From the NCBI GenBank assembly GCA_035193785.1, contig CP136572.1, positions 3,764,578 through 3,828,577 of the forward strand: 64,000 bases of DNA, in the 5' to 3' direction. Positions 58,325 through 64,000 of the stretch are shown here, one piece after another. The DNA is from Planktothrix sp. GU0601_MAG3 (GTDB lineage Bacteria; Cyanobacteriota; Cyanobacteriia; Cyanobacteriales; Microcoleaceae). The translations under genes were made by a program, and so were the position numbers. The notes beneath the pieces are model-generated. The model had not been told where the DNA came from, ran no database searches, and saw only the letters and a program-made list of their open reading frames with translations. The stretch's first letter is position 1. Every line of letters begins with the position of its first letter.

Positions 58325-59556
58325 TCAATAGGGTTTTAAAACAACCCATTGAGTGACGGGAGCCATGGCTTTCCAGCCTAAAAATTTGCCTATGGGTTTC
58401 AGCCCTTTGAATCCCGATGCGGATTAGTTCTCCCCCCAATTGACCGTACCATTGAAAGATCATTAATTCGCTTTCTACGGTGACAGCATTGGCAACCAAA
58501 CGACCGCCCGATGGTAAGGCTTGCCAACAGGTTTCTAAAAGTTCGGGGACTGTAATTCCGCCCCCAATAAAAATAGCATTGGGTTGGGGTAAATCTTGGA
58601 GGGCACTCGGTGCTTTTCCCGCCACAATTTTGAGGTTAGGAGTTCCCAAGGCCGTTGCATTATCAGCAATATATTGTAATCGGGTGGGGTGCTGTTCGAT
58701 CGCAATACCTTGGCAACGGCGATCGCTGCGCATCCACTCAATCCCAATGGAGCCACAACCCGCCCCCACATCCCAGAGCAGTTGTCCGGGTAGGGGAGCT
58801 AGGGCCGCCAGGGTAATTGCCCGTACTTCCCTTTTGGTTAGCTGTCCGTCATGGCGATAGGCGATATCGGGCAGTCCCGGGAGTCGAGGGGGGAGGGAGA
58901 GGGGTTGGGAGGAAATACAGGTAATAGCGATCGCATTCAAATCCGCGATATCCGTGGCATTCCAACCGCAGGCAATCCCTTCAATTCGGCGTTCTCTGGT
59001 TCCCCCCAGATGTTCCAAAACCACCATCGGACTCTCGCCAAAGCCCTGTTGCGTTAGCAGTTGGGCGACCATCATGGGAGTCTGTCGATTAGCACTCAGC
59101 ACCAACAGTTTAGCTCCCGGATACAGCACCGCATTCAACAAAGTCGGCGGGCGACCACATAAACTTAATGTTTCTACCTCCGTAAGCGACCAACCCAAAC
59201 GGCTACAGGCGAGGCTAAAGGTAGACGGAGATGGAATAATTATTATTTCGTTGATCGGAATATGACGAGTCAGGGTCACACCAATGCCATAACACATTGG
59301 ATCACCACTAGCTAAAACACAAACAGCTTGACCGCGACGGCGGATAATCTCATAAATCGAATCTTCAATGGGTGAATTCCAGAGGAGTTTTTCTCGTTTA
59401 TCTACTTGGGGTAGCATGGCAAGATGACGTTTCACCCCCAACAATCACAGAAGCGCGGGAAAGGAGACTTCGCCCCACGGAGGTTAATTCTTCGAGTCCA
59501 TTTTCCCCTATTCCCACAACCGATAGCCATGGATGTAGCTGATCCCCAACACTCAT
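58325..59556 (-). CDS. cobL: Precorrin-6Y C5,15-methyltransferase (decarboxylating), CbiE/CbiT fusion; frameshifts at 59429 and 58396
   Basis: WLSVVGIGENG, VLASGDPMCYGIG, QLTKREVR, WDVGAGCGSIG, FIGGG; repaired end GWKAMAPVTQW. Confidence 0.92.
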
Positions 59557-59633
59557 AATCAAAAAAGATTGATGTTATAAAAAATTATACTGAAACCTTA
59601 TTTGTTTTTCATTCCTAATATTCCCAAAAACAG

Positions 59634-59667
59634 CAAAAAACGCCCCCCTGGCGGAGAGCGTCTTTTG
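59634..59667 (-). terminator. psbA copy 1 terminator
   Basis: Minus strand: GACGCTCTCCGCCAGGGGGGCGTTTTTTGC; identical copy at about 61518-61551. Confidence 0.75.
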
Positions 59668-59685
59668 TATTATTTAGGTTAAGAA

Positions 59686-60768
59686 TTAACCATTAATTTG
59701 AGGAGCAACCAAAGCCACAGGAGCAGATTCACCAGAAGCTAAGTCTAAGGGGAAGTTGTGAGCGTTGCGCTCGTGCATGACTTCCATACCCAGGTTAGCC
59801 CGGTTTAACACATCAGCCCAGGTATTGATCACGCGACCGGTAGAGTCGATGATCGACTGGTTGAAGTTGAAACCGTTCAGGTTGAAGGCCATGGTGGATA
59901 CACCTAAAGCGGTGAACCAAATCCCAATCACGGGCCATGCACCTAATAAGAAGTGTAAGCTACGGCTGTTGTTGAAGCTGGCATATTGGAAGATTAAACG
60001 ACCAAAGTAACCGTGGGCTGCAACGATGTTGTAGGTTTCTTCTTCTTGACCGAATTTGTAACCGTAGTTTTGTGATTCGACTTCTGTGGTTTCACGAACC
60101 AAGGAAGAGGTAACTAAAGAACCGTGCATGGCGGAGAATAAACTACCACCAAACACCCCGGCAACTCCCAACATGTGGAAGGGGTGCATCAGGATGTTGT
60201 GTTCGGCTTGGAACACTAACATGAAGTTGAAGGTTCCAGAGATGCCTAAGGGCATACCGTCGGAGAAAGAACCTTGACCGATGGGGTAGATCAGGAACAC
60301 GGCGGCTGCTGCTGCAACGGGTGCAGAGTAGGCGACGCAGATCCAAGGACGCATCCCTAAGCGGTAGGATAATTCCCATTCACGACCCATGTAGCACAGA
60401 ATGCCAATGAAGAAGTGGAATATCACCAACTGGTAAGGGCCGCCGTTGTACAGCCACTCGTCTAAGCTGGCTGCTTCCCAGATTGGGTAGAAGTGTAAAC
60501 CGATGGCGTTAGAGGAAGGAACAACTGCACCAGAGATGATGTTGTTTCCGTATAACAGTGAACCAGCTACGGGTTCACGGATACCGTCGATGTCTACTGG
60601 GGGAGCCGCTACGAAGGCGATAATGTAGCAGATGGTGGCGGTCAACAGGGTAGGGATCATCAGAACACCGAACCAACCGATATAAATCCGGTTGTTGGTG
60701 GATGTCACCCAGTTACAGAACCGTTCCCAGATAGAGGCGCTTTCGCGCTGCTGAATCGTGGTTGTCAT
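59686..60768 (-). CDS. psbA: Photosystem II D1 protein (Glu130 form)
   Basis: Canonical 360-aa D1 with MGREWELS and HNFPLDLA. Confidence 0.99.
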   Translation of the reverse strand: MTTTIQQRESASIWERFCNWVTSTNNRIYIGWFGVLMIPTLLTATICYIIAFVAAPPVDIDGIREPVAGSLLYGNNIISGAVVPSSNAIGLHFYPIWEAASLDEWLYNGGPYQLVIFHFFIGILCYMGREWELSYRLGMRPWICVAYSAPVAAAAAVFLIYPIGQGSFSDGMPLGISGTFNFMLVFQAEHNILMHPFHMLGVAGVFGGSLFSAMHGSLVTSSLVRETTEVESQNYGYKFGQEEETYNIVAAHGYFGRLIFQYASFNNSRSLHFLLGAWPVIGIWFTALGVSTMAFNLNGFNFNQSIIDSTGRVINTWADVLNRANLGMEVMHERNAHNFPLDLASGESAPVALVAPQING

Positions 60769-60962
60769 GTTAGGTATGATTGCTATGTATTTTTCGAGGT
60801 TCGTCGGTAGTTGTTTTCTTACCTTGATTACTAATATGACACAGATGATTGCGTTTTGTAAAGAGGTTTTAATAAAACTTTCCTAATGTATGTAATCAGG
60901 AAATCTTATCTTTTGACTTTTACTATGTCGGAGTAGGGGCAAGATCCCCTTTCCCAAAGAAT

Positions 60963-61353
<391 letters not shown>

Positions 61354-61569
61354 TTATCGTCTTTTGGGAGCAAATTCGAGACAATCTTTATAATATTTTT
61401 CTAAACCCGTCCCCATTGATGGCTGATCGGTCAGAAATCCTGAATATATTAAGTAATAGTAACGTGGGTTCGACGGAGTATGATGGATCGCACCCCCAGG
61501 GTAAAAATATTAAACAGCAAAAAACGCCCCCCTGGCGGAGAGCGTCTTTTGTATTATTTAGGTTAAGAA

Positions 61570-62653
<1,084 letters not shown>

Positions 62654-62707
62654 GTTGGTTATGATTGCTATGTATTTGTCGAGGTACGTTTGGTATCTAT
62701 GTCTACT

Positions 62708-62736
62708 ACATTAACGGCTTTATTGCGGTTTGTAAA
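62708..62736 (-). promoter_or_regulatory. Sigma70-type psbA promoter
   Basis: Minus strand TTTACA-N17-TAATGT; a related TTTACA lies at 60857-60862 for copy 1. Confidence 0.6.
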
Positions 62737-63046
62737 GTGTTTTGACATCAGGGTTTTGCATACAAGTCATAAGTTTTATTAATGTTATGGCTCTATTCCC
62801 TAACCTGTATGGGGTTTGACCCGAAATCAACAAAAAATGCCCCCTTCCCTGTGCAGGGCTGTTTTAAAGTCGGGTCAGAATGAGTAAATGATGCCTGTCG
62901 CCCAGGGGCGCATCGCTACCTAATAGATATAGATAAATCTTTTATAGAAAAATTGATGGCCGATCGGTCAGACGTCCTGAATATATAGGTAATATTAGGG
63001 TGCGGAGGCAGAGTACACGCACCACTCCCTAATCAATTTCCCCTAA

Positions 63047-63226
63047 TTATCCCCTAACCACCACAAAAATAAACACAAACAACCCGATTAATAAAAGCCA
63101 TAAAATTCTCTCTCCATTATCAACGGTTTGCTGTTTTTCTAACCTAAATACACAACCATTTTTTAAACAAACTGCTTGGTTTTCTGACGTTTTTCTGAGT
63201 TTACAACCGACTTGAGTACAGGACAT
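63047..63226 (-). CDS. Uncalled 59-aa Cys-containing small membrane protein
   Basis: MSCTQVGCKLRKTSENQAVCLKNGCVFRLEKQQTVDNGERILWLLLIGLFVFIFVVVRG; TAGGAG RBS 8 nt upstream. Confidence 0.6.
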   Translation of the reverse strand: MSCTQVGCKLRKTSENQAVCLKNGCVFRLEKQQTVDNGERILWLLLIGLFVFIFVVVRG

Positions 63227-63289
63227 AATACTAACTCCTATTAAGATGATCTCCCCTAACCCCCTTAAAAGTGGGGGGATAAGAGTTGA

Positions 63290-64000
63290 TTAGTTTGCTT
63301 TTGATAACGTTGGGTTTTTGAGGGTAGGACAGTTGTATAAAAGAACGGCAATTAATAACAAAGTGATCGCAGTTCCTTGTAATAAGCTGACGGGTTTTTG
63401 ATCAACTAAAACCGCAACAATAAACTGGACAACCGGAGAAAGTACCCCCAACATTCCCACCTGAGCACAGTCGATTATTTGAGAGGCTTTTGATTGTAAA
63501 AAACTAGCGCTAGTTGCTAAAGCACATCCGCCACCCAATACTAAGAAAGCACTGGAATTAACAGCCGTTAAGGGTTGAACATTAGCCGGAAAAACACTAT
63601 TGAAAATTACAATTAAAACCCCGGCAATTAGGCTTTGTTCCAGCCAACTGTAAGCAATGGGGTTATCGACCATTTTTAAAGCGTGTTTGCGTTCACATAA
63701 ATACAGCCCCCAAGTTAACGCGATGAATACTGCAAAATGGGGGATTTCTTGAGCTTCATAGAAGAAAATAATTGCTGAAAACACGGAAATTCCTACACAA
63801 AACCGTTTAATTATGTTAAGTTTTTCTCCTAACAAAATTGTTGATAAAACGGCTGTTGCTGCGGGGGCGAGGAACATTCCGATGGCGGCTTCTACTTGAT
63901 GTCCCAGAGCGATCGCACCCATGAAAAAGCCTAAATGGGTAGCTAAATAAAAGGCAGGTTTAGCGACTTTTGCAATAACTTTTAAGCTGAATTGACGGAC
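63290..64000 (-). CDS. EamA/RarD-like DMT transporter (5' end outside the window)
   Basis: Multiple TM helices, AAIGMFLAP...LLGEKL, LGVLSPVVQFIVAV; the frame is open to the window edge. Confidence 0.75.
   Translation of the reverse strand, partial: VRQFSLKVIAKVAKPAFYLATHLGFFMGAIALGHQVEAAIGMFLAPAATAVLSTILLGEKLNIIKRFCVGISVFSAIIFFYEAQEIPHFAVFIALTWGLYLCERKHALKMVDNPIAYSWLEQSLIAGVLIVIFNSVFPANVQPLTAVNSSAFLVLGGGCALATSASFLQSKASQIIDCAQVGMLGVLSPVVQFIVAVLVDQKPVSLLQGTAITLLLIAVLLYNCPTLKNPTLSKAN

Noticed and set aside
57792..59444. Apparent novel fusion of CbiE/CbiT to an unknown C-terminal domain (550-aa ORF)
   Set aside because: Artefact of the insertion at 58396; repair gives a normal CobL end at 58325 and a separate gene from 58316.

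Overview
This is a chromosomal window from a filamentous cyanobacterium. The evidence is abundant HIP1 GCGATCGC octamers, psbA, ntcA, a CRR6-family gene and STRR-type heptamer repeats; a Planktothrix/Oscillatoriales-like host is an inference. It carries mostly core genes (prlC, atpD/atpC, murF, minCDE, map, rpe, a clpC paralogue, ileS, accC, furC, ntcA, fabI, hisB, cobK, cobL, two psbA copies), one tRNA-Ile2(CAU), several signalling proteins and many REP/MITE-like repeats. The strongest signal is that all 25 coding frameshifts I could reconstruct are extra A/T bases inside a GAAC/GTTC tetranucleotide. That motif is the classical Dnd phosphorothioate site, so the split genes are probably base-calling footprints of a DNA modification rather than pseudogenes. 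Other highlights are a protein-free IS200/IS605 element keeping an omega-RNA-like right end inside the min operon, a TIGR04255-STAS-PIN three-gene module beside the tRNA, a kinase-GUN4 gene with an adenine-depleted C-terminal patch, an HTH-STAND island with a RelE-type TA pair and exported proteins, and an uncalled 59-aa Cys-rich membrane protein. All calls come from reading the sequence; no database searches were run.
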